Assembly (NCBI GenBank): GCA_964392465.1
Contig: CAYMPC010000003.1
Span: 1 to 47,690 of the forward strand
Direction of reading: 5' to 3'
Length of the DNA: 47,690 nucleotides
From: an uncultured Methanosarcinales archaeon
GTDB taxonomy: Archaea > Nanobdellota > Nanobdellia > Woesearchaeales > GW2011-AR15
Shown: piece after piece, positions 34,650 to 42,529 of the stretch
Position numbering within the stretch: position 1 is the first letter of the stretch
How the letters are laid out: each line of letters opens with the position of its first letter
Program-made: the position numbers and the translations under genes
The notes under the pieces: generated by a model
Told to the model about the DNA's origin: nothing
Seen by the model: only the letters and a program-made list of their open reading frames with translations
Database searches by the model: none

Positions 34650-36671
34650 TCAAATTTTTGAAATATATCCTTTTTTGGGCTCAAAAATGTCTCCTGATCT
34701 TTGTAGTTTTTCTATTATCTCTAATACCTTATCTTCCTGCATTCCCTTTGCTGTAGCTTCAATAAGTATATCTTCAACAGGTATGGTTTTTCCAACTTTT
34801 GAAGAAATCTCTGTTATTATCTCCTTGACAACACTTATATTGCTCCTTTCTGAAGCAGATACTCCTGAAGTAATTCTGTCAATGTCAAATTTCCCTGTCT
34901 GTGGATCTAAACCTATTTGTGTTAAACAGTAATGAACTAAATCTATTGCCCTTTTTGCATCTTCCCTTGTAACTTTAGTATCTAATCTCACTTTAGCAGA
35001 TGCTTCAGCTAATCTGACTAATGCTTCAAGCTGCCTTGCGGAAATAGGTATGGCTTTTACGCTTGTTTCATCTGCTGATCCTGAGGTTCTCATTTTAACA
35101 TAATATTCTTTTAGCTCTTCAACTGCCACATCTGTTAAAACAGGCGCAATGTTTTGTCTTGCAAACGCAAAATATTTTTTTAATAATTCTGTATCTATTT
35201 CTGAAACAATATCTGTCTTTTCTTTGTGGAGGGATAAAATAAAAGTTGCCATTTGTTCATCTTTCTTTTCATCGGGCAAATCTTTAATTGGAAAAATTAA
35301 ATCAAACCTATTGATCAATGTGCTGGGCAAATCTATTTGCTTTGCTATAACTTCAAATTGATCGAACCTTCCAAATTTAGGGTTGGCTGCTGCTAAAACT
35401 GTTGTTTCTGCCCTCAATGTGGCTTGAATATTTGCTTTGGAAATTGTTACTGTTTGCTGTTCAAGAGCTTCGTGCATTGCACTTCTATCCTCCTTGCTCA
35501 TTTTATCAAGTTCGTCTATACAACATATTCCTCTATTTGTTAATACTAATGCTCCTGCTTCTAATGCGTAACCTCTTATAAAATCATCTTTTACAACAGT
35601 TGCTGTTAATCCTGCTCCTGATGCTCCCTTCCCAGAAACATATCTTCCTTTAGGAACTACTTGAGAAAGCCTTTTCAATAACTGACTTTTTCCTGCTCCT
35701 GGGTCTCCAATAAGGAGTATGTGCATGTCTCCTCTTATTGTGCTTCCTTTTTGTTTTTTCTTTCTTACTCCACCAACTGCCTGCAATATAAGTGCTTCTT
35801 TAATTTTATCATGACCATAAATTGTTGGCGCTAGAGAACTTATCATCATATCATAAATTTTAGGATTGCTTGCTAAATCTCTGATCTTTTTTTCTTCTTC
35901 TGGAGATATTTTCAACTCTAAAAAATCTTCTTCAATGGGCTCAACAAAATTAGCATCAATCATTAAGTCAAATCTTGTTAATTTTCCGCCTTCCTTGGCA
36001 GGTATGGGCACTTCTTTTAATATACCATAGACTATGACTTTGCTGCCTGGGTTTGTTCTTTTTTCTGAGATAGGAGAAACTAAATCGTTTTTCAAAAAAA
36101 TGTCCATTCTTTTTGGTTGTTCCCCTCCCTCAAGATCTTCAGGGGCCTCCTCTAGAACAATCTTTTGCGCATCAACTAATTCCTTGCTCAATAACCTAAA
36201 TTTTCCTTTTCTTCCGCATCCGCATCTTTCTGGCTCTTTAAATTTTGAGTCCAACTGAAGTATAGTTATAACATTACCACAGCTTGGGCATTCAAATCTT
36301 GCTGTTGTAACTTGAGGCCTAACATCTGATTTTTGTCTAACTAGTCCTTTTGTGAATAGAAATTTGTTAATGTGCTTGCTTCTGATATCTTTAATCATTA
36401 TCTCCATGTTTTCAGGGAGATTTTTTATTCTTATCTTGAAATTTTTAATATCTCCTTCAATATCAAACTGTCCTAACGCTATTTCTCCGGCTTTTATCAC
36501 TTCTTCAGGATCCTCTAGAAGTTGGTCTGCTAATTCTGGATTAAAAACCGATAATGTCTTAAAATCAACAACCAAGTACTTTTCTCCTTTTCTTACTTTT
36601 TCTAAGATAAGGGGCAAATAATTTTTTTCCAAATATTCTTGAAATAGCTTAATTATTTCTGTCGGTTCCAT
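34650..36671 (-). CDS. mcm: MCM replicative helicase
   Basis: N-terminal Zn motif CPSCG...CGCG, Walker A GDPGAGKSQLLK, Walker B CCIDELDKM, sensor/Arg finger LINRFDLIF, C-terminal wH. Confidence 0.95.
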   Translation of the reverse strand: MEPTEIIKLFQEYLEKNYLPLILEKVRKGEKYLVVDFKTLSVFNPELADQLLEDPEEVIKAGEIALGQFDIEGDIKNFKIRIKNLPENMEIMIKDIRSKHINKFLFTKGLVRQKSDVRPQVTTARFECPSCGNVITILQLDSKFKEPERCGCGRKGKFRLLSKELVDAQKIVLEEAPEDLEGGEQPKRMDIFLKNDLVSPISEKRTNPGSKVIVYGILKEVPIPAKEGGKLTRFDLMIDANFVEPIEEDFLELKISPEEEKKIRDLASNPKIYDMMISSLAPTIYGHDKIKEALILQAVGGVRKKKQKGSTIRGDMHILLIGDPGAGKSQLLKRLSQVVPKGRYVSGKGASGAGLTATVVKDDFIRGYALEAGALVLTNRGICCIDELDKMSKEDRSAMHEALEQQTVTISKANIQATLRAETTVLAAANPKFGRFDQFEVIAKQIDLPSTLINRFDLIFPIKDLPDEKKDEQMATFILSLHKEKTDIVSEIDTELLKKYFAFARQNIAPVLTDVAVEELKEYYVKMRTSGSADETSVKAIPISARQLEALVRLAEASAKVRLDTKVTREDAKRAIDLVHYCLTQIGLDPQTGKFDIDRITSGVSASERSNISVVKEIITEISSKVGKTIPVEDILIEATAKGMQEDKVLEIIEKLQRSGDIFEPKKGYISKI

Positions 36672-36675
36672 TTTA

Positions 36676-36701
36676 AGAAAAACCTAGAGTTAAACTCTAG
36701 G
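36676..36701 (-). terminator. Hairpin plus T5 between the TBP stop and the MCM start
   Basis: Minus-strand reading: CCTAGAG-TTTAA-CTCTAGG (7-bp perfect stem, 36683-36689 / 36695-36701), then TTTTT, then ATG of mcm about 7 nt later. Confidence 0.35.
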
Positions 36702-36716
36702 AAAGGTTTTAGTATT

Positions 36717-37292
36717 TTATTTATTAACTTTTTTAAGGTTAATAATTAATTTGTCTAGTGCTTGATGAACTTCTTCTTCGCTTTTTGTTCCTGTACATAC
36801 TATTTTTCCGTTGCTAAAAAGCAAGAATGTTGCTTTTGCTTCGTCTAATTTATACACTAATCCCGGAAATTGCTCTGGCTCATACTCAGTATTATCTAGT
36901 TTCATAGCCAAAACATTCAAATTTAAGTCCATTCCTACACTTCCTGATGCAACTATATTCTGAATACTTATTTTTGGTTTGATTGTTATATCTATTCCTA
37001 TTTTTTTCAGGCTTTTGATAATCTTATCAATAGATTGCTCAACCTTTTCCATGCTTCTTGCGCCAGTACAAACAACTTTACCTGAGCTAAATATTAAAGC
37101 AGATGTCTTTGGGTCTCTTATCCTTATAACCAACCCGGGAAATTGCTCTGGATTATATTCTGTATTACTTAAAGTTGCAGCCATCTTTTCAAGAGGGATA
37201 TCATGTTCTAAACTTGTAGAAACAACTATATTTACCACTTGAATATTTTTATCTGTTTTTTCTTCTTTATTTGCTTTTAATTTACCTGCCAT
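36717..37292 (-). CDS. tbp: TATA-box binding protein
   Basis: Two direct repeats: NIVVSTSL...EYNPEQFPGLVIRI...ALIFSSGKVVCTGA and NIVASGSV...EYEPEQFPGLVYKL...FLLFSNGKIVCTGT. Confidence 0.95.
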   Translation of the reverse strand: MAGKLKANKEEKTDKNIQVVNIVVSTSLEHDIPLEKMAATLSNTEYNPEQFPGLVIRIRDPKTSALIFSSGKVVCTGARSMEKVEQSIDKIIKSLKKIGIDITIKPKISIQNIVASGSVGMDLNLNVLAMKLDNTEYEPEQFPGLVYKLDEAKATFLLFSNGKIVCTGTKSEEEVHQALDKLIINLKKVNK

Positions 37293-37297
37293 AAAAA

Positions 37298-37322
37298 CAC
37301 CCCCTTATAAAGCCTTTATAAA
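37298..37322 (-). promoter_or_regulatory. tbp upstream region: SD-like GGGGGTG (5 nt before the ATG) and a TTTATAAA box at -23 to -30
   Basis: Minus-strand reading: ...TTATTTATAAAGGCTTTATAAGGGGGTGTTTTTATG. The two signals are mutually awkward (a leaderless transcript versus an SD). A second TATA-like box lies at about 37347-37356. Confidence 0.3.
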
Positions 37323-37379
37323 TAATTTTAAAAAAAGAAAGAAGTTTTATTTATAAATACGATGTTTTGAAAATTTGCC

Positions 37380-38171
37380 TTATTTTGTAAATCTCCATGC
37401 TTCTTTTATCATATCATATGCTGTATAACCATATCCTTTTTGCTTATACATATAATCTCCTAATCTCCCGTTTGTTTGTGCTGCCTGAACAGCAGAATCA
37501 AATAATTCTTTTGATTGTGCAAGGTAACCTGCACATATGCCTGCCAAAATGTCTCCTGTCCCTCCTACTGTCATAGAATTATTTCCTATTTTATTAACGT
37601 GTCTTCTATGTTTGCTAAAAATAATATCTGTGGGGCCTTTCAAAAGAATGACATTGGTTCCAATATGTTTTTGTAGTGTTTTTATATTCACTTCCATATC
37701 TAGTTCATCAAAAGACTCCTTTTTTATTGTATTATTATATAAAAGTTCTATTTCCTTTTTATGGGGAGTAATAATACTATTAGAAACAATATCTAAGTTT
37801 AATACCTTTATTGCATCCGCATCAATAACAAGTGGTTTTTTTATTTCTCTTATCAATTTAAAAACAAGTTCTTTGTTTATGCCAAGGCCATTACCTATTG
37901 CAACCACATCAAATCCTTCACTCAAAGAAATAATTTCTTTGGCATGTGTCAAATTAAGTTCTTCTCCCAAAAACTTTTTTGTTATAATGTCTGGCGTATA
38001 TGTATTTATGGTCCATGCTACTTTTTCTGGCGCACAAACAGTAACAATATCTACTCCTGTTGCCAATGCTGCCATTGCGACAAATGCCGGCGCACCAACA
38101 TATTCTTTATTGCCCCCTACAATTAAGACTTTTCCGTTTTGTCCTTTATAGTCCTTCCTTTTGAATTTCAT
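37380..38171 (-). CDS. nnrD: ADP/ATP-dependent NAD(P)H-hydrate dehydratase (YjeF C-terminal / carbohydrate kinase family)
   Basis: GKVLIVGGNKEYVGAPAF.A.AAL.TGVD, LVIDADA, GGTGDILAGI. Confidence 0.85.
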   Translation of the reverse strand: MKFKRKDYKGQNGKVLIVGGNKEYVGAPAFVAMAALATGVDIVTVCAPEKVAWTINTYTPDIITKKFLGEELNLTHAKEIISLSEGFDVVAIGNGLGINKELVFKLIREIKKPLVIDADAIKVLNLDIVSNSIITPHKKEIELLYNNTIKKESFDELDMEVNIKTLQKHIGTNVILLKGPTDIIFSKHRRHVNKIGNNSMTVGGTGDILAGICAGYLAQSKELFDSAVQAAQTNGRLGDYMYKQKGYGYTAYDMIKEAWRFTK

Positions 38172-38214
38172 CTTATTTTCAATTATCTGTTTATTTGTTA
38201 TATAATATTATTGT

Positions 38215-39831
38215 TTATTTTTGTTGTTTCTTTTTTAATTTTTCTCTATATTGCCTTCTGGCTTCTTTCTGCTCATCTGTAAGTTTTGCTCTTTTTTTTA
38301 CTGTCTTGTTTAAAGCAAATGCTTTTCTTTTCGAGTATTGTACTGGGTTTTTTATTTTTTCACAAAGCAAATCTGGAAAACATACTCCAAAGTCTTGATA
38401 GTACTCTCTACAGTTTGGAGGTAATATCTTTTTGTTTTTTTGTCTGTGATATCTTAGTTGTCCTTTTATAATTCCTTCTCTTAGTGTTTCTTTATTTTTT
38501 TTGTTCCATTCTAAAAGGATTAATTCTATATTCTCATAACTCCAATTCAAGCTTGTCAAAAAGTTTGTCAATACAAAAAGAGATCTCTTCCTGCCATCTG
38601 GTATCCCTTCGAGTATTTTTAAGATACAGGGAGGAAAAAGTTCTGGGGGAACAGCATAGTCTAGATTTTCAAATGCTTGCTTTTTTTCCTTGCTTTTGTT
38701 TTCATCGTTTATAATATTCTTATAATGAATGTCTTCTTTTCCAAAATCAAAAGCAGAAATTAAAAGATTTTCTGCCTCTTTTCTTTTTACTTTTGAAACA
38801 TCTAAAAAAATAGGGTTTTCTTTTGTATTTATCTTTTCTGGCCTGGCGGTTTCTTTTTCAAAAGTAAGGATTTTTCCAATAGGTATGGGCAAAGAAACAA
38901 GACCAGACTTTTCATGCATACTATAGGGTGATCTGTACATGTGTCTTGACGATATCAAAACAGTATCTACATTAATAATAGAAAGAGAATCAAAAAACTC
39001 TTTTGGTGGTTCTTTTGCGCCGCATTGTTTACATCCTTTATCAGATGACTCAAATTTTGACATTAATATATTACATTTTGGGCAAATCATTATTTTTGAG
39101 TCTTGATCTTTTCTTATCTGTATATTACAGTTAGGGCAAACAAACTCAATTTTTTTAAAAGAACTGTTTTCGACCTTTTTTTTACACAAGGGACATTTTT
39201 TTACGCTAAGTTCTTGTATTGTCTTTCCTGTTATTTTTGATATGTCTTCTTTTGTTGTCTTATGGACTTTATCAAAAATGATTTCTCCTTCTTCGTTAAC
39301 TTCTATAAAATTATTAGAGATATAATCTAATAAGTAAAGTGCTATTTTTTTTGGTCCTTCTGGAAACCAGTTTTTTACAGGGATATTATTTATAATTTCT
39401 GGAAATGCCTCAAAGGGAACCCCTATATGGAATCCTTTGTTCCCTGAAAATTTACAGCTAATAGATTCTACTCCGTGTTTTTTTAATGCTTTTATAAATA
39501 AATAGGTTGTAAGTTTTGAATAATACCAAAAGGGGCAATCTACATCTAAAACAAGATCCCACCCAATTCTCAAGTTATCTAAATCTTCTTTTCTCATTTC
39601 AGTTGTCAATTCAAGGGGATTGTTCCATCTCTCTTCAGAAAGGTGAAAACTGGTTGCTCCTTTTTTAACAAATTCGAGAAGATCTGTTTCATATACAAGA
39701 ATATCTGGTCTTTTTCCGAATCCGTTTTCTCCAAATTTTACTCCCACTTCCTTATTTTTGCTTGATTCAAGAATTGCCACCTGAACTTCCTTCTTTTTAT
39801 AATAAAGTAATCTTTGGCTTATGTCGAACAT
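38215..39831 (-). CDS. priS: Fused archaeo-eukaryotic primase: PriS catalytic domain + two zinc ribbons + PriL C-terminal (4-Cys, Fe-S type) domain
   Basis: Track start at 39846 is TTG; the ATG is at 39831. AEP motif I WDLVLDVDCP, motif II SGNKGFHIGVP, motif III SSRHMYRSPYSMHEKSGLVSLPI. Zinc ribbons: CPLCKK..CPNCN and CPKCN..CKQCG. C-terminal FPPCILKILEG..GRKRSLFVLTNFL...ILPPNCREYYQDFGVCFPDLLCEKIKNPVQY matches the PriL-CTD pattern (PPC...C...C..C..NP..Y). Confidence 0.8.
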   Translation of the reverse strand: MFDISQRLLYYKKKEVQVAILESSKNKEVGVKFGENGFGKRPDILVYETDLLEFVKKGATSFHLSEERWNNPLELTTEMRKEDLDNLRIGWDLVLDVDCPFWYYSKLTTYLFIKALKKHGVESISCKFSGNKGFHIGVPFEAFPEIINNIPVKNWFPEGPKKIALYLLDYISNNFIEVNEEGEIIFDKVHKTTKEDISKITGKTIQELSVKKCPLCKKKVENSSFKKIEFVCPNCNIQIRKDQDSKIMICPKCNILMSKFESSDKGCKQCGAKEPPKEFFDSLSIINVDTVLISSRHMYRSPYSMHEKSGLVSLPIPIGKILTFEKETARPEKINTKENPIFLDVSKVKRKEAENLLISAFDFGKEDIHYKNIINDENKSKEKKQAFENLDYAVPPELFPPCILKILEGIPDGRKRSLFVLTNFLTSLNWSYENIELILLEWNKKNKETLREGIIKGQLRYHRQKNKKILPPNCREYYQDFGVCFPDLLCEKIKNPVQYSKRKAFALNKTVKKRAKLTDEQKEARRQYREKLKKKQQK

Positions 39832-39852
39832 ATCTAAAAAAAACAAGAATAA

Positions 39853-39860
39853 ATTTATAT
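39853..39860. promoter_or_regulatory. Single A/T box (ATTTATAT) in the 53-bp divergent spacer between the primase and Toprim genes
   Basis: Lies 25-32 nt from ATG 39885 (+) and 22-29 nt from ATG 39831 (-). It is the only TATA-like element in the spacer. Confidence 0.35.
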
Positions 39861-39884
39861 TGTTTTATGTTGTAGAGATACAAC

Positions 39885-40250
39885 ATGAACAAGGAAAAAG
39901 ACAAGGAAAAAGAAAAAGTGTTGTTGCTTGAAGAATTAGAAAAACTTAGATGCAAAGATCTACCTATTATTGTAGAAGGGAAAAAAGATAAAATCTGTTT
40001 GAACAATCTTGGGTTTTCAAAAATATTTGTCCTTAATGGAGCAATATATGCTTTCTCTGAAAATTTTTCAAAAAAACATAAAAAAGCCATTGTGTTGACT
40101 GACTTGGATAAAGAAGGTAAAAAACTATATTCTTCTTTAAAGGAGAACTTAGAAAAAAACCATGTGAAAATAGACAACAATTTTAGAAATTTCCTATTCA
40201 AAAACACAAAAATCAGGCAAATTGAGGGCATTATTTCTTACTTAAATTAA
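39885..40250 (+). CDS. Minimal stand-alone Toprim domain protein
   Basis: 121 aa. Conserved Glu in PIIVEGKKDK and the DxD motif in VLTDLDKEGKKLY define a Toprim fold; no other domain is present. Confidence 0.7.
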   Translation: MNKEKDKEKEKVLLLEELEKLRCKDLPIIVEGKKDKICLNNLGFSKIFVLNGAIYAFSENFSKKHKKAIVLTDLDKEGKKLYSSLKENLEKNHVKIDNNFRNFLFKNTKIRQIEGIISYLN

Positions 40251-42312
40251 CTCTTTGATATTTAATTATATAAAAAAGGGCAATGCCTGTAGAAAACAAA
40301 ACTAAGTAAAAAAAATAAGTCTGTATTTTTTGATTTTTGGAAGAATATACGACTTCTCCTGTTATCTGGTTTCCATTAAGAGAGTGTGTGTTGTTTTCTT
40401 GTTTTTCTAGATTGTGTTCTTTTTGGATTTGGCTATTGGTTTTTTGTTCTGTTTTTTTGTTTGAATCTTCGTTCGGATTAGAATAAACGTAAACTGTTTC
40501 TGTAATTTCATACGGTGTCTTTCTATCTTCTCTTTGAATTTTTATTTTTAAACTAATGTTATTCTGATCAAAAAAAATTAATTTGTTGTTAATAAGTATG
40601 ATTTTACTAGAAACTGGCCCTATTTGAACTTCTGTTTTTTCTTCTTCACTATATTTTTTATTTCCTTTGTATAAATGACTTGACAAAGAATAACTGTGTT
40701 GGATATTATCTGAATTAAATATTTCGAGGATTGAAAAAACAGTATCGCTATTTGATAGGTTAGTTGTGTAATCTAAAAGAGAATACTGCTTTTTGTCATA
40801 AGGAATAGAAGTTGTTTGTTTTTCTTTATTGCCGCATTCTCCTTCAACAACTATCTCTTTTTTTGTTTTTATACCTAACCCTTCAACAACAATAAAATAG
40901 TTTTTGTTAGATTCACATACAAAAGATATTGGTAAAAAAAACTCTGTTTCCTGATAATTTTCTTCTAAATATATTGTCGATGTCTCGCTTTGTTTTTTTC
41001 CTTCGCTTTCATTATATAATGATATTGGTTTTTTTGTCGTGTTCCCTTTATAAATTGAAAGCTTTGCCTTTCCTAAACTATTTTTGGCAGAATAACTTAT
41101 TTCTTTAATATCTATCTTGCTTTCAATTTCTCTTTTTGTTTTGTAAATTATTAAATAATCGGAAAAAATGTTTTTATTTGAATTATTACAAGAAAGATTA
41201 CTTACCTCTGCTTTAATAAAAAAAATATTATTGTTTTGATTTGGAGAAAAGATTTTTTTATTTATATTTGTAGTTTTTGTTTTACTCTTAATTGATTCGC
41301 CATATAAATCCTCTATCCAATATTCTATTTCAAAAGGAAAAGAAGTATTGCTTAACGCAAAAGAATATTCAATTTTTTCTCCTTCTTCATAAATGGTTTT
41401 AGGTATTTGAATTGAGAGACTTACATTACAAGGAATTGTATCTATATCCAAGACTTCAGCTAATACACATAATTTATTGTTGGTTATGTTTTTATCCGGT
41501 TCGAAAAATACTTCTCCGCAAACAATATACTCCCCAGATAAATCAAAAAACATGTTTTCTGTTGTTTTGGTTGTGTAATAATTAAAAGAAACATCTATTG
41601 TTGTATCATTAATAAACAAAAAAGAAACATTGTTGCTATCGTTGTTGCTATTATTATTAAAATAAGTAATATTAAAATTAAAAACAGCATTGATTTTTTC
41701 ATTATATGTAGGATAATTATGATTTATGATTTTAAAAAAAGTATCATATTTTGTTTTTGTGTAAAGGTTTTCTTTATGATTGAAAAAAAGTCCCAAATCA
41801 ACACCAGAAACTTCTGTCTCTTCGCTTTTTATGTTTTTTCCCCAGGGAGTTGGTGTAGATTCTAGCCATCCTTCTTCGAAAAAAGAAAAAGTGTTGCCTT
41901 TTTTTATTGAAAAATTATAAAAAAAATCAAGATATGTAGTGTTTTCCGTATGTAAAACAAGTTTATCTCCTGTGTTTCCTAATCCATTGCCAATAAAATT
42001 GTCATCGACACAAAAAAAAACACTGTTTTCTGAAATATTAAATGTTGCGCCTTGATCCAATATCAAAAAAAAAGTATTATTTGAAACTAATTTGCTGCAG
42101 TTTAATTGTGATGGACAGCAATCGACTTCGTCTGTCTGCATGTTATCTGTTATTTTTAATCCAGCTACACTAAATAGTCCTTCCCCTTCATAATAAAGTT
42201 CAATCCACTCTTTTTCATCTTCGGGAATAAACATAATTTCATTTATCCTTATTTCTGCTTTCACATAAACAGATAATAATATCATCAACAAAACAAATAA
42301 AACGCTTTTCAT
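40231..42312 (-). CDS. Secreted, C-terminally TM-anchored surface protein with N-terminal lamin-tail domain (LTD); Asn-rich, sequon-rich
   Basis: Signal peptide MKSVLFVLLMILLSVYVKA; LTD signature IRINEIMFIPEDEKEWIELYYEG...LKITDN; about 20 N-x-S/T sequons by hand count; C-terminal TM TYFFYLVLFSTGIALFYII followed by a basic tail. Confidence 0.7.
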   Translation of the reverse strand: MKSVLFVLLMILLSVYVKAEIRINEIMFIPEDEKEWIELYYEGEGLFSVAGLKITDNMQTDEVDCCPSQLNCSKLVSNNTFFLILDQGATFNISENSVFFCVDDNFIGNGLGNTGDKLVLHTENTTYLDFFYNFSIKKGNTFSFFEEGWLESTPTPWGKNIKSEETEVSGVDLGLFFNHKENLYTKTKYDTFFKIINHNYPTYNEKINAVFNFNITYFNNNSNNDSNNVSFLFINDTTIDVSFNYYTTKTTENMFFDLSGEYIVCGEVFFEPDKNITNNKLCVLAEVLDIDTIPCNVSLSIQIPKTIYEEGEKIEYSFALSNTSFPFEIEYWIEDLYGESIKSKTKTTNINKKIFSPNQNNNIFFIKAEVSNLSCNNSNKNIFSDYLIIYKTKREIESKIDIKEISYSAKNSLGKAKLSIYKGNTTKKPISLYNESEGKKQSETSTIYLEENYQETEFFLPISFVCESNKNYFIVVEGLGIKTKKEIVVEGECGNKEKQTTSIPYDKKQYSLLDYTTNLSNSDTVFSILEIFNSDNIQHSYSLSSHLYKGNKKYSEEEKTEVQIGPVSSKIILINNKLIFFDQNNISLKIKIQREDRKTPYEITETVYVYSNPNEDSNKKTEQKTNSQIQKEHNLEKQENNTHSLNGNQITGEVVYSSKNQKIQTYFFYLVLFSTGIALFYIIKYQRVNLSKK

Positions 42313-42529
42313 TATTTTGGTTTTTAATCTTAGGTAATATAAATAGTTTTCTAATTTTAGTAATATAATAATAATATTAAACTTAAAAAAGCATATTTTA
42401 TTAATAAATAAGTTTATTTTTAAAAAGAAAAATAAATAAGTTATTTTATAAATAAAATATCAAGCAAGAAAAAGTAAGAAAATAATAAAAAGTTTTAAAA
42501 ACTAGAGGAAACTTATTTTACTAGGAAAA

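Noticed and set aside
34650-36671. Possible intein or insertion in MCM
   Set aside because: 673 aa is a normal archaeal MCM length. The Walker A, Walker B and Arg-finger regions are contiguous with ordinary spacing, and no Cys/Ser...HN splice-junction pattern is present.
37537-38151. 204-aa ORF on the + strand
   Set aside because: It is fully antisense to the NAD(P)HX dehydratase gene, which has clear family motifs (GGTGDILAG). Its composition is the Phe/Leu/Ser-rich mirror of a normal gene, and it has no motif of its own.
39797-40231. 144-aa minus-strand ORF
   Set aside because: It is antisense to the Toprim gene, which has the catalytic Glu and DxD motifs. It also overlaps the primase 5' end and has no recognisable features.
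41628-41660. Short tandem-looking GTT/ATT repeats
   Set aside because: This is the coding sequence of the Asn-rich stretch NNNSNNDSNNVS of the surface protein. It is codon-level low complexity, not a DNA repeat element.
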